Source of the DNA: Tubiluchus corallicola
Lineage: Eukaryota; Animalia; Priapulida
NCBI GenBank assembly: GCA_030141605.1
Contig: JAQGDQ010000076.1
Span: forward strand, 186,001 to 250,000
DNA length: 64,000 nucleotides
Direction: 5' to 3'
A model generated the notes under the pieces. It did no database searches. It had not been told where the DNA came from and saw only the letters and a program-made list of their open reading frames with translations. Of this stretch, positions 38,816 through 50,191 are shown piece by piece. The stretch's first letter is position 1. Each line of letters begins with the position of its first letter. The position numbers and the translations under genes were made by a program.

Positions 38816-41489
38816 CTTTCCACCCTGTCTCACTTCCCCTGCCTTGCTCCTCCAAATTACTTCTGATTTGAAACCTCAAGCTTTAGTGTTCTTTTACGAA
38901 AACTGTCCTCGATTTTCTTGGCTACAGTGCACACCCGCGATATTTTTTAATCCCCATCTTCTCCTTCTTTCGCCTGTCAACATTCTTTTCTTCCAGCAAC
39001 TCGTCATTTAAATGCGATTTGTTCACATTTATCATTTGTAGTAAAGCTCAGATCGTTATTCATACATTACTTGTGCTTTGTTGTAAATTTTGTGCGACAT
39101 ACTTTTGGTAAATAAGCTTAAAAATATTGAGTGGAAGGTCAAAATGTAAATGCAGAAGCCGTTTGTATAAATGGTTAGTGTGTCATAACAAACTTTTGCA
39201 GTTTGTCTTTGTAAGACTATATAGGTAGAGCATTTGCTGTCAAGTGAAGTAAACGTAAACGGAAACTTATGGACAACGTACAAGTCTCTGCGCACGGAGA
39301 GATTGTTACGGTTGTATTTGTTTTTTACCACGGTGTGCTAAGGTGGCCTAGATGAAGTTCCATTGAATGTTACGTTGTCATTATTTTCCTTCGTAGTTGG
39401 CGGTATCGTGGACTTTAGTCAATGTGTAGATTTTTGACGTAAACAGAGCACTTGTCTGTCCTTGCATAATTCCGTTCTACTTGACTAAAACACGAACAGA
39501 CCTCGCGTTAATTGATGTTCTCGCTAGCAAATTTCACGTTAGCACGTTAAAATCTAGTAGATTAATTTTGGAGTTTCAACGTTGAAGAAGTTTTCCTTTA
39601 ACGTCAAGATGGAGCCATCCTTAAGTGAAAGCCAGATTAATGCAACTGGCGAATATAAGCTTAATTGCGCGTGCGCAAAGCTAGACGGCATAAGGTAAAT
39701 GGGTTTGACAGATAGGCCTAATAGCTTAATTACAGTTGATTACATTTGATTAGATTAGATTGGGGCACGTTATAGACAGAGGGAAAACGAAATCTAGGGA
39801 AATGTTTGTTCCCTAGAGCTTTTGAATCTAATTTTCTGCTCCATTAGATTTCAGTTATGTAACGGTTACGCTATTTTCTCAGTGGTTGAGCTTTTTGTTG
39901 TTTATTACGCGCTGTAAAATTTTAATGGAAACTCAAATTAGCCATTCCGTGGTGATAAGCAAATCGTTAGTTGGTGTTGCTTGAGAAAATTGTTTAAAGT
40001 CGCCATTTATGCAAATTATTTATTAGAATGATCAATATTTCTACCACCATCGGTTTACATGCGGAAAAATTGACAGTAATTACTCAGAACCAGTTTCCTT
40101 TCCCAATAGTACCATAGTTAGCTTCGAAACTTCGCAGTATAACAGAGCACTCTTATGTAGAACCTACAGAGCCAACAGTTTTTTTTTCGTGTGCCTTGGT
40201 ATTTCCCTTTTGCTGCATTTTGTAGCCACAAGTGAACTTCGTGAAACAGTGTAATGTTGCCATCCTGTTTCTTATGAAATCGAACATTTGCGCACACTAA
40301 TACTTGCGGTGTTTTGCCTTTTTCCCCATTGAGTGAGTTTCTCGTTTCATTTTACTTACAACTGTGTGGATTGTGAAATATTACCCTATCGATGTATTGA
40401 TGCCCGTGGCTGAATTTATTTCTCAGACTGTTAATAACAACTGCACAACTGCAGCGCAACCTCCTATTGGCGTCATTCTGGCGTCCTAAATTACCCAGAC
40501 CGTCGCTTCCTATTCTCGTAAAACAATAACAGATGATTTACTGGTAATTGCAGGCTTTAAATTGTGCACTAATTGCAATTGTTGAACGGTATTATATTAT
40601 TAGGCACCATTCAATTAGCGTTCTTATTGTGTTTATTGCGAGTTTATTAGTGCAAATAAAGTACTACAAGTTTAGAAATCACATAACACGTGACTGTTTC
40701 AACTATTTAAAGACATTTCACAAAAACCGTATGATATATACAAATGTACGTGTAGAGTATATGCCAGGAATCACAGTTTTCCACTATGTATAGGTAAGTG
40801 AAATTTAGTGCACTTTTGAGAGACGGCCTTATTGTTAAAACCCTTCCTTTCTTCATTCATTTACCAAACATTTTCTTGTGGTTAATGAATCAACATTTTT
40901 TCGAAGGAAAAGGCACTAAATATGTGAGCGTCACACGTTTGCGTTTTCAAGACACTGATGTAATTTTTGTCTATAATAGCTTCATACTTTAAGTCCGTGC
41001 GTCAAATAACAGTATTTGGTTTTACACACAGCTATTAACGTTACATGTATGGAACATCGTAGAACGCAAAATGGCAAAAGTTTGGATTGGCAAAATCTCA
41101 GATTCTGATTACAGAATAACTGTGCTGTTACCAAAGCTTTGTTTAACTGATTTTTTTGCACAAAGTACCTTTCAGGTACGCCAGTGCGCAAAGAATGGGA
41201 AAACCTACAGCCATTATCTTCCTCTTGGTTCACTTTATTGACCGTAACCTTCTCCTTTGGTTGTGGCCGATTTTATCTTTGCTTCTCAGGCGTTGGCAAA
41301 TCTTTCTCCGGGTATATTGACAAATAAATTGCTCGTGTTATCTTTACGACATTTTTCCTCTTTTACGACATTTTTTTGTCGATCAGCCAGCGCTTTCCTT
41401 CACATTAAACACGATCGTTGCAACAAAATGAAATGATGTCAATCAATCTCCAGTTTTCCATAGCCGCTTACGATTTTAGCATTTTAATT

Positions 41490-42130
41490 CCATGAATGCA
41501 CCAAGTCCACAATACATATTAAGATATTTAAGCTATGAGTGTGTATCTGAATAGAGCAAAATCACTGTATACGATAATAACCTTGGCAAATATTGAAGAA
41601 TAGTTAGAAGTGCTCAATATCCTGTTCAATATATTAACGCTGTGGTACAAAAGAAGCTAGAAAAATTGGAAAATTAGGACAGAAGTGTGCAGATAGATAG
41701 TGATGAGCAGGCACAAAGGTTAAAACTTCCATTTGAGGCAAAATTACGAAACGGACACATAAGGTGAAATGAATTGTGCATGGATGTATATGCATTGCAT
41801 TTACTACACTGCGTGCAAAATCAGTATATTTTAATTTAAAGTTCCAAAGTTCATCTCGAAGTGCAGTGCACCGTGGTCTACAAATATAAATGTCAGGTAT
41901 GTGTTCTGCCTGCAATGTCACTAACTGGCATTTAAAAACCAGGTTGATGGAACACAAAAGAGAAGTCATGAAAGGTCATGAGAAAACATGCACTAACTTT
42001 GAATTTGAAGTGAGTGTGTTAGCTAGAGCCAGAACTCCATTTGATCTAAGAGTTCGTTTATACATTGACTACTTCAAAACAAAACGGGACAGCAAAATTT
42101 AGTACATGTAAACCAATAATCTACAAATAA
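41490..42130 (+). mobile_element. Decayed Penelope-like element fragment (RT thumb + GIY-YIG endonuclease)
   Basis: Broken-frame peptides in PLE order: VYLNRAKSL, AQYPVQYIN, TVVYKYKCQVC, HLKTRLMEHKR, VSVLARARTPFDLRV. Confidence 0.7.
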
Positions 42131-42714
42131 ATGGTGCAGCTTAATCTATATGCAAATTAAGCAAAAAATTTCACACTGTACATCACTTTAGTGCCCGTCA
42201 TCTTAAAAATATTTCTATTACCATCATTATTCTCTTCCATAAAAAGTTTTTACTGGAATACTTTCTAACATCACCTACCCACCTCTGGGACTCCTCTACA
42301 CTATTTGCCACATTTTACTAGAGCAAGTTAACTGTCTTTCTGCGCAGGTTATAGGATTACAAGCAATGGTGGCATCTGTATTTGAGAGTTTTTTACTTTT
42401 TGGACTAGGGTAAAAATGTACTGTCAAAATTGAATAATGATGCACTGTGTATTGCTTATGAAAATATGTTTGCATTAGTTTTTCAGCAAATATGTTATTG
42501 TAATAGTATACCTGGCTATAGCTTCATGAGTTCCAGTGTAAGTAGTGTTAATGTTTAGCCAATTATATCTTGATTAATTTTAGGTTCCTAATGAAGACAT
42601 TATAATAATGTTGTTGAACTCTAAATTATTGTCTTGTGCCAGAACATCTATATTAGACCTTATTGATGATAATACATTTTAAAAAAAATATGCCACACCA
42701 GAAAAATTATGAAC

Positions 42715-43290
42715 ACACCAACGTATTATGTTCACGTATTTCGTCTGAATCGCACTTTTGTGTTTAGGAAAAGTCATATGCCTCTATGCAGTTTACACTG
42801 GGTTACGTCGACAAACCAATTTTATTAAAAATAAAGTTTTGTGATAACAACTGTAGTATTGTTCGGTTCCACATTGTCGTGAACAACAGTTTGTAATATT
42901 TTTGTGTGTCTTTATCAAGAGGCAAGGCAGTTAATGAAGTGCAATACAGATATTATGTCATATCATATGTTGTGTTGTGTTGTGTATTATGTTGTATTAT
43001 GTTATGTCATGTCATGTTATGTCACGTTACGTTACGTTACGTTGTGTCGTGTCGTGTCGTGTCGTGTTGTGACATGTCATGTCATGTCACGTTATGTTAT
43101 CTTATGTCATGTCATGCCATGTCGTGTCATATGTCATATCACATGTTGCGTACTTGTGTTGTGTTGTATTACGTTTTGTTATGTTACGTTACTTTATGTT
43201 ATTTTATGTTATATTATAAAGCTAAAAATATTCTCCATCAGAGTCCAGTAAATGAACACCTACTTGGTCCGCAATGCTGACAAATAATGT
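42715..43290 (+). repeat. Copy 1 of a ~0.5 kb diverged direct repeat containing a (TGTTA/TGTCA)n pentamer array
   Basis: Colinear with 44130-44592 (cacttttgtgttt…gtttacactgggtta…ttccacattgtcgtgaac…tttatcaagaggcaag…gtaaatgaaca…gcaatg.tgacaa). Confidence 0.88.
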
Positions 43291-44129
43291 GAAGGAATGT
43301 GCTCTTTCTTTGTTTTATGCAGTGGACCCATGTCCATTCGCACCGTATCATTGACCCTCAGTGACCATCGATTGGATAGGTTTCAGATGAGCGTAATCAC
43401 TCTGCCCATTATTTCATGGCGTCTCGTGAAGCCACAAGCATGCTGTGAAACTAAGAACATGATGAATGACACTGTGGGTATTAGGCTTCCGATATCACTT
43501 ACAGGACTTAAGCAGTAATACGACTTATAGGCCTTAACTGGAGCGGCTTCTCTACCTATGTGTAGCTGCATTATTGTCCCTTTCCTCAACTACCAGTATT
43601 TAGATGACTACACTCCAACAGACATCAAATGTCAATTTTCTTACCACTTAGCGCATACTAAAACTAATACAGGTCATTGGTTCCATGTTTTTAGAGGTGA
43701 TGAAGTTACCACAAGGGCGTTTGCTAGCGAATAGGCTCTCTTTTGTCGTGTCAGTACATTACTTTGAATGCAGCTGCTACACTGGCGATCCATCAAAGTT
43801 TTCTTTTTCCTCGCGGGATCAAATCTGGATTTATTGCCAATCTCACTAGACTTAGGAACAGGAAAATGATGATGTGCGCTGTTCATGCACTTGATGTAGA
43901 CGGTCTTAGAATCGTAATTACCCTTTGCTGGGTGAAATTTAATAATATCCAGTGGGAAAACTGAGCGTATGCAGTATTTGGAAGATTTAACGGTATTTGT
44001 CCCGAGAAGAGATTATCGTATTGTTAGATGGCCCCCACAGAACGGTTGAAATACATTACCACCTACGATAATTTGCGAAGAAATTATCCTTTATCTGCTT
44101 ATATACCATATATAAATATAAAACTCCAA

Positions 44130-44592
44130 CAACGGTACATATATTAAAATGTATGTAAATCACACTTTTGTGTTTGGAAAAAATCATATGCCACATTATG
44201 CTGTTTACACTGGGTTATGTTGATAAGCCCATTTTATTAAAAATGAAGTTTCGTGATAACAACTCTAGTATTGTCCGATTCCACATTGTCGTGAACGGCA
44301 GTTTCTAATATTTTTGCGAAAATTTATCAAGAGGCAAGACAGGTAACGACGTGCAATACAGATATTATATTATTTTATATTTTATGATATCATGCCATAT
44401 GTTGTGTTGTGTTGGGTATATTACATTATATTCTATTGCGTTGTATCTTATCGTATCATATCAGTGTGTTATTGTGTTGCGTTATGTTATGTTATGTTAT
44501 GTTACGTTACGTTACGTTATGTTATGAAGCTTCACATATGCTGCAGTCCGGTAAATGAACAGCTACCTGTTTCGCAATGTTGACAATTAATG
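44130..44592 (+). repeat. Copy 2 of the ~0.5 kb direct repeat, followed by (AT)n at ~44605-44650
   Basis: Colinear with copy 1 but with a shorter pentamer array. Confidence 0.88.
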
Positions 44593-44615
44593 CAAACCAA
44601 TTATTTATATATATA

Positions 44616-44650
<35 letters not shown>

Positions 44651-45451
44651 GTCATATTATACGTTATACTATATATTATGCGTTATAGAATATAACATAT
44701 ATATGCGTTATATACCGAGCGTCTTGAAGCTAGAGCTTTTTAAATGTTTAGCACAGCATTATTTTCTTCTTCTGGTGCATTCTGTTTATAGGTTTCTTAA
44801 GTTGTAACATTTTGATGGTATATGTCAATTTTGGGCCGCTATATGAGGCGCCGTATTTTGTCGCTTCACCTTTCATAGTTACTGATTGTTGATAATGCGT
44901 TCTTCTATATAAGAACGATGTTTTATTACTGTCATTAGGCTTACATTTGCGAGTACATTTACATAGTACGAGTGTATTGTATTTATTTTACACTGCAGTT
45001 ACTGCACTTATGTTTTCTGCATCTGTATGGAATAATATATAAAATTCCTGTATATAACAAATACGTAATAATATTTAGTTTCCATTTTTCCTCAGTGCAC
45101 TTCGCCCCGGGATGTTTTTCTATACGAGTTTCCCATCTTGGCTCTACATGGCTTCCAAGAAAACATTAATTTACAGTGCACATATAAATATTTGATGTAG
45201 TTGTAATTTGTTGTACCAATAAGCACTCGTAGCGCATAACTCATATCGCGTCCACCGATCTGATCAATTCGACATGGACTTAATGTGTTTATATGATCGA
45301 TAGACTTCCTATAGTTCCCTGGACATTTTCCGGATTGATCCTGTTAAGCACTGACGCAGTGCCTACTTGTTTATCCTTTGACTAGAAGAAAATCCTGAAA
45401 AGGTGCTCTATCAAGTTCTAAGGGCGTTTTTTTTCGCTAAAAGTGGGCAGC

Positions 45452-45715
45452 ACATGCAGTCTTATTAATTTGACTATGCTGAGTCTAAAAAAATTGTTGC
45501 CACCTAGAAATGTTAGTGGAAAAGGGTCAAAAACGAAAAAACCCTGCATCCTTTTTGGGGTCTAGTAACAGCTTTTTAGGTTTACATGCAGTCTTATTAA
45601 TTTGACTATGCTGAGTCTAAAAAAATTGTTGCCACCTAGAAATGTTAGTGGAAAAGGGTCAAAAACGAAAAAACCCTGCATCCTTTTTGGGGTCTAGTAA
45701 CAGCTTTTTAGGTTT
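45452..45715. repeat. Apparently perfect 132-bp tandem duplication
   Basis: acatgcagtcttattaatttgac…gctttttaggttt is identical by eye at 45452 and 45584. Confidence 0.95.
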
Positions 45716-46712
45716 ACCATAGTCGAATTGATAAAAAATTGTATAATACAATTGCATGATCGGTATAATTTCGTTTTGTGTGGCGCCCATTTTGAAAACG
45801 GCGGCCGTTTTTAAAACGAAAAAACAGAAATTGATTCCTTAGGTACAGCTACCTTGAAATATATGTTATAATCGTTTCTCAATCTTAATTTTCTGTAATT
45901 TTTTTATTTATATTGTTCATGTAAAAACGTGATAGACATTTTTTATGCATTTTTGGCTGCCTTGATAGTCTTGCTGTGATCGGCTTTTTTTCCACCAGCG
46001 ACAGATTTGAAAATGCACATCTTCACGTCTGACTCCCTCTGTCTTATACATCTGTATGTGTATCAGTATGTCCGCCCGAACTTTTCCGGGTTGGGAAGAG
46101 TCGCCAAGAGACTTGACGTTGACACTAACCTCCAGTGATTTTTTCTCGAAAATATAGGCCTAAAAACGTTATAGCCGGATATTTTTAAGATAAGGATATG
46201 CCCATGTAGTACAACAAGACATCGTATTTTGTACGTACTAAGATTTAGTGACTATTGCTGTCGTTCACAGTTCATCAAATACTGGGTCACATATTGGGTT
46301 ATAGTTGCTCTAACCGTTAACATGGTACACAACGCAAGCTGGCATCCAGCACTCAATGGCAAGGCACACTTTATGCAGATGGTCGGAACCAGAACCTACC
46401 TCATTATTAAGGACGATTCTTTGATAGCGGGGGGGGGCAGGGTAACAGACAAAACGACCCACAAACTGCTGTTCCGTTGTTCATCCATTCAGTGACCAAC
46501 CAGGACCAGCGTTGATTAATTTGTAAACCCAAGTATAGACCGACACTGACACTGATGACTGCAACAAGGACGATTGCTGAACGTATCGCTGTGTGTGCCA
46601 TTCAGCTAAAAGACTTAATAAGCTAGAGTTGTTGCTGTGTGAAGTTTTTTTGTAAAAAAAATCGGGAGCTTGTTCGCGAAACACCCTGTTTATTATAGTT
46701 TTATCATTTTAG

Positions 46713-46963
46713 GAGGAGAACCGGGCACTGAGGCTCAAACCATCTGTGATAGCATCTCGCAAACTCGAGCTGCAGGAAGTTACAGGTAGCAGTGAACTTA
46801 CTGTGGACGCGCGTTTGTCATGGCAGTACTTTAGCGAGACGAACTACATTGCAAAGAACAAGATAGAGGCGGGTGGTGACGCCTACAAACGCAACAAGTT
46901 CAACCAAGCGGAGTCGGATAAATTGGCTTCAAACCGAGAAGTTCCGGACACGCGGCACGAACA
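46713..46963 (+). CDS. GALNT2: GalNAc-T2 coding exon 2, stem region (EENRALRLKPS...DAYKRNKFNQAESDKLASNREVPDTRHEQ)
   Basis: cattttag| acceptor and CA|GTAAG donor. D.Y.RNKFNQ.ESDKL...R.PDTRH is characteristic of GALNT2, and ENRALRL resembles the fly pgant2 stem as I recall it. Confidence 0.95.
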
Positions 46964-47242
46964 GTAAGTTTAAATTTGACCTCAGCAGAGTGCGTACTTA
47001 TAACGTATCAAAAAGACTAGCGCGTTAGTTATAATCAATGAGAAAAGGTTACTAAAACAATAATTTGATTGCTAGTAACTTTCTCTTTAGGAAATAGTGT
47101 GTGAATTTCATGGGTGTGTGATTTCTTTTGTTGCATGTTTCTATATGGTGTACCCTTTTTACTAATAAAGAAGAATTCTTTTGAAGTAAGGTAAACATAC
47201 AAAAGCAGTACTAGGCTAGCAATTTTTTTCAAATTTCCGCGC

Positions 47243-47308
47243 CTGCTGGAACTTGAGCCCAAGACCTCCTGCTTTCCGAACAGCTATGCTAACCATTGCA
47301 TCTAGGGG
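47243..47308 (-). mobile_element. tRNA-derived SINE-like head (degenerate Pol III A/B boxes)
   Basis: Reverse complement CCCCTAGATGCAATGGTTAGCATAGCTGTTCGGAAAGCAGGAGGTCTTGGGCTCAAGTTCCAG has A-box-like and B-box-like segments at tRNA spacing, but poor cloverleaf pairing. Confidence 0.55.
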
Positions 47309-48549
47309 TGTATCCTCTGACGTTTCGTACTTTGTAATTGAGTAAAGCAACAAAATGAAATTTAGCTATTGGCATAATATTTACGAAATTAGTTTTTATG
47401 TAAACATTTTACTGCCTTTCACCTCTTCATTATCACTTTGTTATGGTTTCTTTTCGCACATGACTATAAAGTTTTCACTCAGACTTCAGAAAGTCCAGTC
47501 ACTTGTTCAGTTTCCTTTTTGCATTGAACGAAAACTTTTATGCTCTTTTAAACAAGGTTTGGTTGGAAGTAGATAATAAATTGGTTAAGTGCTAGTAACT
47601 TTAATATCGTAAATTCGTAACATCGTAATAACATGGTAAAACCTACAAGCAACTTATTAAAGTTTTGGCATATTGAGTACTAATAAATCTAACGATTTCA
47701 CATAGCATTTTAAATTTAATTTTGAAGAAAAACAAAAAAGTGTGGACATCATGTGTGAATGTTTAATGCGTTTCCTTCTTTATTAGATAACAAAACAAGG
47801 CAATATTCCAATACGCAAATGTAAAACTTTTTATTGAAGAAGCATACCGCATCCGAGTAATTTAGCTTTATTCGACTATCTGTCTGGTCTAATAATCCGC
47901 TACATTTGTGCTAGCAAAATTTTCCATCTCCTTAACTCTGCAATTTCCTTCTAACTCTTTGGAAAATGTATAATCAATACATATTCTCTTCCCATTTGGC
48001 ATTTTTTTCATATACGGCTGGCAGCTGTAGAGGCTTAGAATCATTCTAGCTGCAGAGCTTGCCCTATTGTACGCTGTAAGATGCTATCAAATTGCTCTGC
48101 TGTTGTTATTTTAGTATAAATTGTGTGATTTTCTCGTTTCCAATTCCCCTGCTAGTTAATCCGTTTTCTGCGTGTAATTTGTGGAGATAAATTCTTGGGT
48201 AATCGAAGTTGCTCCATTGTCGATCGAGCTTTCTCTGCCTTCATTTCATTTCCCGGTCATCCTTGTAAACTGAGGATTCCCTAATTGCGATGTTTCGTTA
48301 AGATTTGGTCTTAGTTCGCGATGTGATTGTTCCGCGTTTATCGATAAGCGATAATGTAGTACACTTTCTCTGGTAAAGCTTTCTTAAGTCAGAAAGACTT
48401 TGCAGAGGTATAATCAAAACACAATTAAGTAAACAAAAAATAAGCAATGCGTTATGCTAATATGTAGTGCAATCAAAACTCCATTAGCTATAGGTGATTT
48501 ACAGCATTTTTTATATAATCAAACTTTATGTTATCTGGACACGGTTTGG

Positions 48550-48550
<1 letters not shown>

Positions 48551-48602
<52 letters not shown>

Positions 48603-48620
48603 CATCATCATCATTTCATT

Positions 48621-48655
<35 letters not shown>

Positions 48656-48712
48656 TATCATTATCATCACCATCATCGTCGTCGTCATTATTAATATCAT
48701 CATTATCATTAA
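48551..48712. repeat. (TTA)n/(TCA)n compound trinucleotide microsatellite
   Basis: Directly visible. Confidence 0.98.
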
Positions 48713-49721
48713 TATTTATTTATTGGTTTTCATAAATAATATTTATTTACTTGGAACTACAGTATGTGGATTTAACCTCTGTAACTTTGTTTTAATGGCA
48801 AAAAATGTTCACCACTTCGCAGACGTCTTGAAGGTGTACAGTAAACACTTAGACATGTTTTCACCCTTCAGTGTGCGTCTTCAACTTTGCTATGGAAGCT
48901 TGGTGAACCTGCACTGCAACTTGAACAGCTATTAAGTTATTTATGAACAAATCTGACTTTCCAGTTCATGGGCCAATACCCAAAATTTCATGCATCAGCT
49001 CCGTCTGAGGGACAAATTCCAATTGCAATTTTTTGCGTATCTCTAGTTTGCATTTTGATATCATAAACCATGGTAAATAGCAGCTTTAATATAGAGTGTT
49101 CATCAGCCTACGAAGTGCAGGACCGCTGCCAATTCTACTGTAACTATAGAACGTTCTTTATTAGTAGTAACGTCTTCACATCTTTAGTAAACGTCTTCAT
49201 CTTTCTTCAAGAAATTTACACAATTTCTCCATTTTGATTTCTGACGTCTTCACAACTTTGCTTCGGCTGCATATGCATTACCAATAACATCTTCAACTTT
49301 GTTTCAGCCGATATCTGCACATCTTCGGCAAACGTCCTTTTTCTGTTCTTTGGCAACACTTTGACGTCTTTCGTAAAAGTTTTCAGCCTTCCTTCTGGAA
49401 GTAACAGCCCAATGTGAAAACAAGCATCTTCACTAAACCATTTTGAAATTAATTTTACTTGAGCACACATCTTTAGTAAGCTCCCTCAGGTTTGTTTCAA
49501 ATTTCAACATACTTGTGCACATCCGTCTCCCAGTTAGTCCAGTAGACTACTAACCAAATTTGCATTACTAAATCTTTGACATCTTCAATAAATGTCTTCC
49601 ATCTCCACTTGACAACATTTCTACGTCTTCAATATTAAAATTTTTTAGTATTACTTCCAGTAACAGAACAGTTTCAACAAGCCTCTTCATTTTTCACTTG
49701 TTTGTTTTGAGTACTTGTATG

Positions 49722-50191
49722 CAGGGCTCGTACTCGTCCTGTAATTCCTATAATTCCCATATTTTTTGAAAACGTCCTATAATTCCTATATTTTGGGGCT
49801 ATATCCTATATTTCCTATAAAACTTGATAAAACTATAAAAATGTCCTATAATTCCTATAAAATCATGAATTATCAATAAAATGAGAATGTTACTCGTATT
49901 TTTCGGGCGCCTTCGGTGCGCATAACCACACTTAGATCTTATAAGTACATATCTTCATGATTTGGGCATTTTAGTGAATGTAAATATCAACTGTCTGTCG
50001 CGAAGTATGTATGTTTTTACAGAGTTGGTATTCTCATTGCGTGATTGATGTATGCTCGTTTGATGTATGTTCTGGTGTATGCTCGTTTTTAAGGAAAAAT
50101 GTCCTATAATTCCTATATTTTTTTCAAAAAATGTCCTACATTTTTTTTAGAATAATGTCCTATATTTTTGAAAAGTAGAGTGCGAGCATTA
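49722..50191. mobile_element. hAT-like MITE with internal tcctata repeats
   Basis: Termini cagggctcgtactc / gagtgcgagcatta, with many tcctataattcctatattt units near both ends. No clear TSD. Confidence 0.6.

Noticed and set aside
38636-38879. ORFs with SLSLSPSP / REREREG runs
   Set aside because: These are translations of the CT microsatellite.
42904-43280. Cys/Val/Tyr-rich ORFs of 115-124 aa
   Set aside because: They are produced by stop-poor pentamer repeats.
45217-45340. JMJD8-like C.ID…SY motif in the candidate antisense exon
   Set aside because: The similarity is faint and I could not find JmjC-domain exons downstream.
47243-47308. Functional tRNA gene
   Set aside because: The B box is degenerate and the acceptor and anticodon stems do not pair convincingly. 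Kept only as SINE-like.
48454-48935. Poly-I/L/Y/H/S ORFs up to 135 aa
   Set aside because: These are translations of the (TTA)n/(TCA)n microsatellite.
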